A DNA stretch of 58,430 nucleotides, the filler included, from Circinaria calcarea (Eukaryota), in assembly GCA_051942165.1 (NCBI GenBank). It is 8 parts of 8 records of this genome, joined end to end, with 100 filler letters (N's around TTAATTAATTAA, not from the genome) between each part and the next. Parts side by side here need not be neighbours in the genome. Positions count along the whole stretch, not along the records: positions 21,984 to 29,201 come from JAVECS010001383.1; positions 29,302 to 36,512 come from JAVECS010001384.1; 6 more parts are not named here. The stretch is one strand, 5' to 3'. This document shows positions 23,759-34,976 of this stretch, in pieces. The position numbers and the translations under genes were made by a program. Numbering within the stretch: the stretch's first letter is position 1; every line of letters starts with the position of its first letter. The notes below the pieces were generated by a model, which ran no database searches, was not told the origin of the DNA, and saw only the letters and a list, made by a program, of their open reading frames with translations.

Positions 23759-25102
23759 ATGGCGACTCTTGGTATCTCGACGCCTGTACGACAACCATTC
23801 GCGTCTCTTGACGGAGCCAGACTCGAGGGATTGACGAGTCTGAAAAACCGCCAGAATGGTAAGTCCTGTCCGTTGAGTCCAGACATCTCCAATCATACAT
23901 TATGATCGTCTGGGTGGCGTTTCATACTAACGTCCCGCTCAGCTTTGCCAGTGGCAATGTCAACTCCTGTCAAGCGTCGTATGCCTACCGCATTCGATGA
24001 TGCCGACTCCGAGAACATTGATCCATCAGCCCTCCTATCTCACAAGAAGTTCAAAACAACAGATGGGAATCTAATCGTCAAGCCGGGCAAGACATCGCAG
24101 TTCGTGTTGACTAATGCGATTCTATCCTCTGCTCCTGCGTCGAGGCCAATCATCACCCCCAAACGCCTCGAGACGTCCCGCTCGACATTAACCACTAAAC
24201 CAAAGGTAGTACAGCCAGCTTCGGCTCCAGCAGCTGCTGGGAGATCCCAAAAGGCTAAGCGCATCGGCATCCTTTCTCGTCGACGTGTCTCGTCCTCACC
24301 CTTTACGCGAGTTGATCCCCCATCATTTGGTTCTTCCGCTCGTCTCCCGTTTTCCATCGATGCCGCCCTCTCTGGATCCGTGTCCACCTACAACCGAAAC
24401 TCTGTCCCGCAGGTCAAGACTTCGACCTCGAAGAAATCCCAGCATAGCTGGATGTTCGAGATTTATGAGGATACCCCCGAACAGGAATTCGATAATCTCA
24501 TCCAGCACTCCACTTGTACCCTTGATATCTCCGATGATGAAGGTCGTCCGAAGAATGATAGAGGCAAGGAGAATATCCCTCCGCTTGATTACGTCGTACC
24601 TGCAAATGCTCGCCAATCTGCCTCGAGGAACGACATGATGATTGACGAGCCTCGCACCCCACTTGGTGATCTTGAAGCCAGCCAATTCTATGCTGAAGGT
24701 TGTGATGAATCGTCCGCTTTTATCATTCCGGATGAGAAGCCTTGCGAAGATGCTCCTGTTGCCTCGGACGTCAACACCATCACGACCGAAATCGATACGA
24801 CCAAGGTTACCGTCCCTTGCCAGCCCCCCACCGATGTTAACGTGCTATCGGAAGACGGATGGAAAGATCTCATGGCACAATTCGAATGTTACAAGAAGTC
24901 CACCGCTGCTCTTGCACTCGGTGCTACTGCTAAAGCGGACCCAAATGAGGCCGAGATCGAGATCTGGGAAAGCGAGAGTGCCAAAGCCGAGGAAGAAACA
25001 TCATTGGGGTTCACTCCGGATGCTCTTCAAACAATCATGCCCGACACTTGCGCTGCTGGTGCCTCTGGCGATAATAACGCCACCGGATCTCTTTTGAGAT
25101 GA
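23759..25102 (+). CDS. Disordered protein with ABBA, KEN and D-box motifs (Acm1-like candidate); intron 23859-23942
   Basis: Exon 1 MATLGISTPVRQPFASLDGARLEGLTSLKNRQN ends at GTAAGT. Exon 2 contains RIGILSRRR, FSIDAAL, WMFEIYED, RGKENIPP and RTPLGDL. Confidence 0.85.
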
Positions 25103-27571
25103 TCCTTTACAACCAGCATGAAATTATGCAACATGGTCCGGTACGGTAGAAAGGGCTGATCGTTACCTCTCTATCCTGCGCGGCAACACAACGGATCATC
25201 ATGCATCACCAAGGACAGCTATCCAGAGTCACAGTCTTTACCGTTCTTTATCATCGCTTGCAACTTTATCCCAATCCGTCGATGTTTAACAGTATCTTAT
25301 CCAAAGTATCATTTACCCTGCATCAATTACATGTTGGACCCCAATGCTATCCTCAACTACCATGTCGCCTTACGCATCTTCGCCTCAGCGCCTTCATCCG
25401 CCACATTGAACGTCTTTCTGTCACCAACGCACTCAATTAACATCCTGACCACCTCGACATCACATTTCGAATCAACCCAACAAACCCAACTCAGGATTTG
25501 CTTTACCCATCTTCGCACTTACTAATTTCTATTTGTCATTTTCTCGCCGCCTCTCGATCGACTGTATGCTCCTGTTTGGCTAACTTCGGTATATGCCCAG
25601 GAAGCTGAGTTGAATCGCCTTCGGCGGTGGAATGGGACGAAAGGAGTGTGCTCTGGGGCTCTTCCTCTACGGTCGTTCACTCTTACCAGTTACTTCTTAC
25701 CTTCTCAATCTTATCGGCTGTGTGCTCCTCATGTTGACTGACCTCGGTGCATGTCCATGTGTGAGCTCGCTGATACTTGCAAAAAACTGAACTGGTGGTG
25801 TGGTCGATCTATACAATCCCTACTTGGGTTCTTTTGTGATGTTGACACGTGTTGAAGAGTGATGGATGGAGGGACTTGAATGACGATGGACCGGGGGGTC
25901 TGGTGGGAAGGGGTATTGGCCTGTGTTCCAGACGGGAACGCTCTTTCCTGTGCTTTGACCAGCGGGAGGAAAAGAGAAGGGGTCGGAGTCACAGAAAGGG
26001 GATGCAGGCTGGGTTACGCTCGAGATACCCACATGGCTTTCTTCTCATCATGGAAACAGCGGCAACGAGCAACCGCAGAAACGGCAATGGCGTCAGGAAC
26101 GGGTGTTTTGGGTTTTGTTTACTTTGAGTTTTTTTGACACGTCGTCTTGTAGCTTACATGGTCCTGTCCTTGGGCTTGCGTGCTTTATGAAATGGAAACT
26201 TGCAAAATCACCGCCTCGCGTATATCCAGACACGTGATGGTTTGTGTAGCTGCAGTCCAGACTCGTATGACTTGTCCAGATGTGAACTCGGTAGAGCAAC
26301 TCTTCGTGTAGGCTCGGCTTCATTGGAACGTTTTACATGGTAGATGGATCAGCAGTACCTACGAATCGAGGGCGGGGCGCATCTTCTTTTCCCGCGGCCC
26401 TTTTTGCCCGTTTCTTCCACCACGTTGTTGTTGATCACTCAACTTACGAATGGGTGCGCTCCTTTGCTTTACCCCGTAAGGTACCTAAGATCAAGGGAGA
26501 TTAGGTTTAAGCTCTGCATCATGCATGCACAGGAAAAACGTGGTCTGTTGTTCGCTTCGTGTTTTCATTGGACCGCCTTGTCGAAGCTTTCCTTTCTCCG
26601 GTTGATTCTAGACCTTCTACTTGATGCACTTTCGTCTAATGGGTCGCTTGAACCTCGTATTATGTACTCGGAAGGGTAATAATACATCGTCTACTCTTTC
26701 TACAAGCTTGCTGGAAGAACTAGTTTCTGGGAGTACTCCGTATTGATGCATCGTATGTTTGGACATTGATGTTGCACTGCATTTGCTTGGCATGTACGAT
26801 CTATCCTAGGTTACTCACCTGGAGCTTTCTCTCGAGGATGCATGCATTCAAACACATGGCGGACTGATGGTTATGGTTCCCGCATATCCGACATCTCGAA
26901 CATACTTTAAGCTACTGGAGCTTCCTTGGGATAGTATGCAAGGAGATGGCGGCAAGGGTAAACTCAACGGCAATAAAATTTCTTCGTGAAGCTCGTGGCT
27001 AGAAAACTTCGCCTATTGACAGAAGACGATTGGACCATCTCCCGACCACACTAGTGGCCGAAGGTACATCGAAGGACAGAGACTTTGGGACTGGGCGGAC
27101 GAGTCGGTGTGCAACAAAGGACAAGAGAAGCTTTGATCGAGTAGTACGGAGTACCGACTCGGCTGTTTCTGCCCCAGCTGGCTTAGTCCACGGCGTTGCC
27201 ATCTATATCGAGTGCAGGAGACTGATGCAACAATTTCAGAGTTCTACAAAAAGGCCAGACTTGAGACGAGACGCAAGGGTGAGGTCCGTCTATGCGTTGT
27301 AGGAATGCCTGCCACTCTTGGTCGATACACTGAGATGAAGAGGTAGGTCTAAGAATCTGGAGTACACTGGATTCTAGGATTCGTATTCCGGCTATTGCTG
27401 TTACTGGCGATGCATACTTCCGGTGGTCCAGATGCACCAGGTCGAACGAACTACAGGTTATGCTCCGCGCCGTCAGGAGGTCTAGATTACTGAACATGTA
27501 TGCAAAAGGGGGTAGTCTTCAGATCTTGGAAGCCCTTGGGTAATGAAGATGAGAGGAGCCGGCAGAAACAA

Positions 27572-27580
27572 GTATAAAGA
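27572..27580 (+). promoter_or_regulatory. TATA box of the Cys-rich secreted protein gene
   Basis: GTATAAAGA followed by a CT-rich tract, ~130 bp upstream of ATG 27707. Confidence 0.55.
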
Positions 27581-27706
27581 CGAGCCACATTCCTCTCTAT
27601 TCTCTCTCCTTCAAGCTCTTGCTCTAGAATCATCCCGAACAGCACACTCTTGACACATCCCAATCATACCTTTGAACAAATCAAGCTTAGCTCCATCAGC
27701 CACATC

Positions 27707-28794
27707 ATGAAGACTGCAACTCATGGACTGGGACTCGTAGTCTTGACGTTTTGGATATTTGCCAATGGTAAGTCAAGTTGTTTGCTTGATATTCAACATA
27801 TTCGATATTCGTACCTGTGATCAATATTCTAACTTCATATCTTTCCACAGTAGCCAATGCATGTTTAGATTTCTGGTCTGGAACTGCACCATTTTGCAAG
27901 GGAGGCCCTTGTCCCGCGGGATACCATCAAACAGCAACGTCCAGTAGAGGCGATGGCGCCAGGTGCTGGACCGGCCAAAAGGTCTACTGTCAATGTAACA
28001 CCCCAGTAAACACATGCCGCGATTACTGGAGTGGAACCGCCCCTCTCTGTAAAGGAGATACCTGCCTACCTGGATGGGACGCCAAATATACTTCCAATGC
28101 CGGTGACGGTGGAGTTTGCTGGAGCGGACACAAAACTTATTGCCAATGCACCGCCAATACAGGCGGACCGCTTCCCAAGTGTGTCCCGGGTCCAGTCAAG
28201 TCTTCCTGCTACTTTTACCAAAAGATTTGCAACAACGGCTGTAATCTTTTCCATTGCGGTTTCTGCACTTCGATCTTTGGCAAACGCTCCATCGCCCCTT
28301 GTAAGTCAAGTTTGATTTCTCCTCGACACACCTTTATAATTCATCATGTATACTTTTCTTTCCGCGTTCCTTCATAACAAACTATATTCAATGACCCCTT
28401 TCTACCTTTCTCAAAACTCACCCTTCTTCCCCCCCTCCTAGCATACGACCCCTCCGTCGACACAAACGACGACCTCTACAACACCCTCCTCACGACCAAA
28501 AACCCCAACCTCCGCTCCGCCCTCGTCAGCCAGAACCTCCTCTCCGCGGAGAGTGTCGCTGGCATGTCCAACGACGCCGTCGTCCAGTACGGCATCAATG
28601 TCATCGACCAGGAACTCACCGAATTCAAGAATGTGAATGCGGTGGCGAGCTATACAAGCTGGGAGAACCCGAGCACGTGGGTGTATACGAATGTGACGGT
28701 ACCGGAGCCGTACCCGCCGCCACCGCCCGAGTGCCCACCAACAAGAAGAGGTTTAGGGACAAGGAGTGCGAGGGAGCTGCCTTGTCCGCTTTGA
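27707..28794 (+). CDS. Secreted Cys-rich precursor with two W-x-GTAP-[FL]-C repeats; two introns
   Basis: Signal peptide MKTATHGLGLVVLTFWIFANVANA (spliced), three 6-Cys modules, GKR site, intron 28301-28441, and a C-terminal domain ending ELPCPL-stop. Confidence 0.85.
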
Positions 28795-29201
28795 GATTTG
28801 ATTTCTTTTAGGGAGGGGAAGAGGGGTTCCAGATGGGCGGGGGAGTGAGTGCCTGTTTGCGAGAGAAGGTTCCGGCGAGAGTCGTGGAAAGGGACTCCTC
28901 TTATCTTATCCTTAGTATCCAAGTATTCGCGTCACAACCAATTGAAATTTTCTTTTCAACATCTGACTGGGTGCATTTTTTTTGCAAAAAATCCATCCCA
29001 TCTCATTCTCTTCAGCCTCGTTGGTCAACTTGTGAAAAGAATAAAATAAAATAAAATAAAAACAACCTTCTACCTTATCCATTCCTATCTTCCCACCTTT
29101 TCCCCTTCGCATTTCCCTTTCGGATTTCCCATCCTGATCCTCAATCCTCATCCTCATCCTAGAACACTTCCCTCGCCTTTTTTTGGGGGGGGGTTTATGG
29201 G

Positions 29202-29301
29202 NNNNNNNNNNNNNNNNNNNNNNNNNNNNNNNNNNNNNNNNNNNNTTAATTAATTAANNNNNNNNNNNNNNNNNNNNNNNNNNNNNNNNNNNNNNNNNNN
29301 N
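29202..29301. other. Artificial contig linker
   Basis: N44-TTAATTAATTAA-N44. Confidence 0.98.
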
Positions 29302-29374
29302 GGCAACGTGACTCGCGCTCTCTGATAAAGGCGGGGGAAGGAGAAAAATGATGACTCTAAGAGAGATTGCTTAC

Positions 29375-29392
29375 CTGGGCGTCGGCCGCCAT
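29375..29392 (-). CDS. Possible first micro-exon (MAADAQ) of a gene divergent from VPS52, running off the contig
   Basis: ATC-ATG-GCG start context followed by a CAG|GTAAGC donor, with a pyrimidine-rich leader. Confidence 0.35.
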
Positions 29393-29719
29393 GATGAGTA
29401 TCAAGCTGGAATCGAAGGAAAGGAGCGAATAGTGTAGATAACGATGCGCGAGGTGGTCTGTCGGGGGAAATGAAGCAGAGTTGTAGAACTTTAAAGATCT
29501 GGAAAGTTGAAGGAAACAAAGTGGATGTGGAGGGGGCGGTCGGGCCGCTAGCCATCCGGCCAATTAGATAGCGATCGTCGTGAACTTTGAAAGTCCGCCC
29601 ATTGAAAGGTTCGCGGCCGATTGACTCACCATCAGCAGGCAGTCATGGCTACTATGAGGCACGAAAATCGGTCAGTTTGCTGAGAATAAGCAGCTCAGTG
29701 CCACCTGGAGCACGCCACC

Positions 29720-31982
29720 ATGTGGCTTGATCGGTTCTCAACCCACTCCACCCCCAGTGGATCACCACCTCCACCTCAAAACAGGCCATTCTCTCCAGCC
29801 CCAAGGCGCCCAAACCATTTGGCTCCCCCGGGACCTGTGACGCGACCAAGCTTCACCCCTCGATCTTCGTCCCTGTCGTTAATATCCAAGGCAAACTCCT
29901 CATCAACTTCACTAGCTGGTACTGCAAGAATACCTAATGGCTCTACGTTGAAGCGAGAGATTAGCCCTCCGATTGACGCGGTTGACCCTCTCGATGTCCT
30001 CCAAACTATCATTGGATTGCAGATACCTAGGGATGATACTCCTGTTAACAACCATGAGGGGTCTAGTTCGGAAGAGAAGCCTGAGGCACTTGTCGAAGAG
30101 ATCGACTTCAATGGCCTCAGCTTACAAGTTTTCATGGAGAGCGAGGCTGGGTTGAAGGAGTTGGACAATTTGCCCTATCCGCGGATTGAGGAATGTGAGT
30201 ATGTATGCCTCACCATTGGCGGTGCGTGCATATTTCTAAGCCCGAGATATAACAGTCGAAAGAGAAAACGAGAAATTTGACGAGCTACATCGTTCAATTA
30301 CAGTAAGGAATGTGGTCTACTTCAACAGATTCAGCCATTGATCGTCGCATAGGCCTGTGATGATGTTCTTAAGTCTGTGGAGATATCCTTGACGAGTTTT
30401 CAGAAGGACTTAGGTCTCGTTTCCGCAGAGATCGAGACGCTTCAGTCTCGATCAGCGGCCATCAACACGAGGTTAGAGAATCGTAAGAGGGTCGAAAAGC
30501 TCCTGGGGCCTGTCGTGGAGGAGATATCCATCTCTCCAGCGGTGATAAGGACAATCTCCGAGGAACCTATTGATGAGAAGTGGCTGAAGGCCGTGTCTAA
30601 ATTGGAGCACAAGTCGGATGTCGTCAACGACAAGCTTAAAGGACCAACCACTATTAGGGCTGTAGCGGATATCAAACCACTTTTGGATGATCTGACAGAT
30701 AAGGTAAATTACTGGTTGCTTGTGACTATGATTGAATTGAGAGATGAAGGCTAAAAGTTTACCAGGCAATAGAAAGGATTAGAGACTTTCTTGTCTCCCA
30801 GGTTAAAGCACTACGGTCACCCAACATCAATGCCCAGATCATTCAACAGCAAACGTTATTAGAACACAAAGACTTGTACGGGTTTCTTACCAATAAGCAT
30901 CCAAAGCTGGCCGAAGAAATTGGACAGGCGTACATCAATACAATGCGATGGTACTACTTGAATCAATTTTCACGCTACCGGCAAGCTTTGAACAGAATGT
31001 CCCTTTACCATGTTGACAGGCATGACGCTCTTGGTGGTGATCAATCAAATCAGAAAAGTAGGCTCTACCTCACACTAGCTTTTTGGGATATATTTGATAT
31101 TTGATAGGTGCTAGAGCAACTGGATCGAGAGCAACGCAAGTATCTCATGATGCAATTAACATTGGTAGACGAATGGACATTCTTAAAACGTCAAACCAGT
31201 CTGCCATCTCAAGTTACCTTATAGAGGAGGACAAATCCGTACACTATGTCGAAACCCCTTTCCGAAACTTCAACCTTGCTTTGATCGATAATGTTTCATT
31301 CGAGTATTCATTCCTAACCGAGTTCTTCTCCACCATCACCTTCCACCAAATGTCCCGCAGGTTTGCTGAAATCTTCGAGCCGACATTTGCATTAGGTCAA
31401 TCACTAACCAAGGAGCTTATTGAAAACAACTACGATTGCCTTGGTATACTCCTCTGTGTACGATTAAACCAGCACTCAGCCTTTGAGTTACAGCGGCGGA
31501 AAGTGCCTGTGGCGGAGAATTATGTCAATGGTACAAATATCATACTATGGCCTAGGTTTCAGGTCGTCATGGATTTTCACTGTGAATCCGTTCGACAGCT
31601 TGCTGCCAACGTCTCCGGCCGGAACGCCGTATCTAAATTAACATTCACCGGCACCTCGTCTGATGCAACGAAGCAGTCTACGGCCCCCCACCACCTGACC
31701 CAGCGATTTGGCCAGTTCTTGTACGGTATCCTAGCAATCAGCTACGAAGCCGGCGATGACGAACCTGTATCTAGTAGCCTGGGAAGGGTGAGAAACGAAT
31801 ACGAGGCCTTCCTGCTCAAGGCGTCCAAGGGGGCAGGAAATGATGCGGCAAAGCGAGCGAGGTTCCTGGGGAACAATTACGCCCTAATCCTGACCATTAT
31901 CGCGGATGCCGAAGGGAGGCTTGCGCAGGAACAGAAGAAACATTTTGAGGATCTCAGGCAGGCGCTTGAAGATCAGCAGTAG
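29720..31982 (+). CDS. VPS52: GARP complex subunit Vps52; spliced
   Basis: LTSFQKDLGLVSAEIETLQSRS, RLENRK, RIRDFLVSQVKALRSPNINAQIIQQ, YINTMRWYY, LIDNVSFEY and LWPRFQ. Confidence 0.95.
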
Positions 31983-32333
31983 TATTTGGTAAGGGTGGTC
32001 ATGGCAATGTAACGGGTTATTGGTGTGTTATACAAGAGGCTTTATCTTGCTTCCGAGTGAGTGCAATTGTCGCAGTAACCACAAACGTTTCAGGTTGAGC
32101 TCTTTTTCCACTGACGGTGCAAGTGTGGTGACAGGCGCTCGTTTTGTGCGACACGATATAATTACAATAGAACCCTTTTGCAACCGTCCTCACCATAATG
32201 TCATGCGCATCATTATTGTTGAATTTGGCATATGTCAGCCGGCGGTTTCGGCTAGCCACGTTCCGCGTCAGGTAAGCTCCCGATGCAGCCCTTCCGAGAA
32301 TCCTTGTGGCAAGAGCTGTCGGAAGTCAGTCAT

Positions 32334-33333
32334 CGCGTGCACCGTCATAACAATATAGATCCAAAGCCTTGAGAGAGATACCGTGTACACTTGAAGATAC
32401 TTTGGAAGGATTCGGTCGCGTGAGCTTCCTTTTACCCTGCCCAGGACCGTCAGCCAAGCCTAGGATGAAGCTGCCAACAATCCGACCTCACTCTCACGCT
32501 ACTACGCCTTTTAATAGGAGGGGGCCGCCTCATCGAAGGATTTTCGGAGATATAATATACAGGTACAATCACGTGCACTATCATAACAATATAGATCCAA
32601 AGCCTTAAAAGAGATACCGTGTACGCTTGAAGATACTTTGGAAGGATTTGGTAACATAAGCTTCCTTTTGCCCTGCCCAGGGCCGCCGGCCAAGCCTAGG
32701 ATGGAGCTGTCTCGTATATAAACAATCCAACCTTATTCTCACGCCACTACGCCTCCATTCCTTTTGATAGGGGGAGGGGCCGCCTCATCGAAGGATTTTC
32801 GGAGATATAATATGCAGGTACAATTACGTGCGCTGTCATAACAACATAGACCCAAAGCTTGAAAGAGAGACCGTGTACGCTTGAAGATACTTTGGAAGGA
32901 TTTAATCGCGTGAGCTTCCTTTTGTCCTGCCCAAGGCCGTCAGCCAAGCCTAGGATGAAGCTGTCTCCGTACCTGAATAATCCAACCTTATTCTCATGCT
33001 ACTACGCCTCCTCTCCTTTTAATAGGGAGGGGGCCGCCTCATCGAAGGATTTTTGGATTCATAATATACAGGTGCGACCACGTGCGCTATCATAACAATA
33101 TAGACTCAAAGCTTGAAAGAGAGACCGTGTACGCTTGAAGATACTTTGGAAGGATTTAATTGCGTGAGTTTCCTTTTGCCCTGCCCAGGCCCGCCAGCCA
33201 AGCTTAGGATGCAACCGTCTCCGTACCTGGATAGTCTGACCTCGCTCTCACGCTACTACGTTTCCTCTCCTCTTGGAAAGGGGGGGGGGCCGCTTCATCG
33301 AAGGGTCTTCGGAGATATAATATGCAGGTACAA
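32334..33333. repeat. Tandem array of four ~250-bp units
   Basis: Units start at ~32334, 32570, 32825 and 33079. Shared blocks include TCATAACAAYATAGAYYCAAAGC, ACCGTGTACRCTTGAAGATACTTTGGAAGGATT, GCCAAGCYTAGGATG and GGGGCCGCYTCATCGAAGG. Confidence 0.95.
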
Positions 33334-33464
33334 AAGCGATCAACCACCCCTTTGGATTTCGGTATATCATTCGTGAACTCCATTTGAAAAGGTTTTCTCT
33401 ACTTCCTTGACTGTTTATATCTTCCTTTACGTTGAGCACTATTCTATCCCTTCATAAAGTAACC

Positions 33465-34398
33465 ATGATCTCCCAAATCCCTATTCTCGTTTCTTCACTC
33501 CTCCCCCTCCTCTCCCTCCTCACCTCCGTCTCCGCCTCTTGCATCCACGGCACCCATCTCTTTCCCCGCCAATCAGAAACCGTCCCCATTTCCACCTTCG
33601 GCTACAGCGGCGCCATTGGCCCGCTCAACTGGGCCTGCCTCAACGAAACCGCCAACGGCCTCTGCTCCCTCGGGCAATTCCAATCTCCCATCAACATTGA
33701 CGCCTCCATCGAGCTGGACAACGGGGCGTCGAGCACGCTCAGCATCCCGAACGTGGAAGCGGCCGAGTTTCAGAATCTGGGCACAACGGTGGAGGTGGAG
33801 GTGAATGGGACGCTCGTGGATCGAGGCAAGGAATATGCGCTAGAGCAGTTTCATTTCCATACGCCGAGCGAGCATCGCATTTTTGAGGATTATCAGGTCA
33901 TGGAGGCGCATTTTGTTTTTGAGGCGGAGGGTGAGTCGTCCCCTGCAATTTTGGACATCTTCCTCCCTCGCACTCCCCGTTCCAACATCCTTCTCTAACC
34001 CGATGCTCCCTCCTTTACCAGACTCCACTATCCTCGTCCTCGCTTTCCTCATCCGCGTTTCCGCCCAGTCCGAACTCGACCCCCTCCTTCGCTCCGTCTT
34101 CGCCGCCCTGCCGGCCATCCGCAACCCGGGATCCGTCACCACCACGGGCCCGCTCTCCTTCGGCAACCTGCAGAATCACTTCGACACGCACTCTTTCTAC
34201 CGCTACCAGGGCTCGCTGACGACGCCGCCGTGCTCGGAGGGCGTCGAGTGGTTGGTCGTGGATGGGCCGTTGCTGGTGGATGTGCGGACGCTGGAGGAGG
34301 TGAAGAGCGTGGTCGCGTTTAACAGCCGCTATACGCAGACGCCGTTGGGGGAGAGGAATCGGTTGAACTGTTTTGGATCTCCTTCCTGTTCTATATGA
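33465..34398 (+). CDS. Secreted alpha-class carbonic anhydrase; intron ~33931-34022
   Basis: Signal peptide, GPLNW, QSPINI, zinc ligands QFHFHTPSEH and MEAHFV, and YRYQGSLTTPPCSEGVEW. Confidence 0.93.
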
Positions 34399-34976
34399 GA
34401 GACTGTGAAGTTGGAGGGGAGGAGGACACGGTTTTTTGGGGGAAATTTAAGGCAACGAGATGTTAAGGGTGCGGGATGTTTTTAAATGTTGCGTGTTTAA
34501 CATTGTGGTGGAGACAGAAGAATGCTAAACTGAGAAACATGGGTTTTGGAATGGTTTTGACGCAAGTATAGGAAGGACTTGGGGGATTTTTCATCACGTA
34601 CACACAGAACATACATGGAATAGCCAGTTCAACAGTGGCAGCAAGCAGTATGTATTGTATTCAGCTAGTACAATGACCATTGATATGCAGCAGTGCACTG
34701 TAGCAGTCAGGTCCATGCCATGTACCCCTCTGGATTCTTTCCACGTTCAGGGAACCACCCCAAAGCTCATTTCTCGACAAAGCTTCTTTGCCTATCTATA
34801 CCCGAGGAGCACGGCGGAGCAGAGCATCCTATTCCCTTCACGATATACGTCATCGATCTGGTTTACTGTCCTATTTGATAGGATGGAGATGAGGGGTTGA
34901 GTTGATTCTGTCGATGCGGGAATGATGATGTGGTGACCTAGAGCGTATAGACGATGTCGCTTGCGAGTTTTCTGTT

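Noticed and set aside
32334..33333. CRISPR array, or repeated P-loop coding exon (minus-strand GGPGQGK)
   Set aside because: Units are homologous along their whole length with no unique spacers and no cas genes. The GPGQGK is followed by R rather than S/T, and frames are broken by indels between copies.
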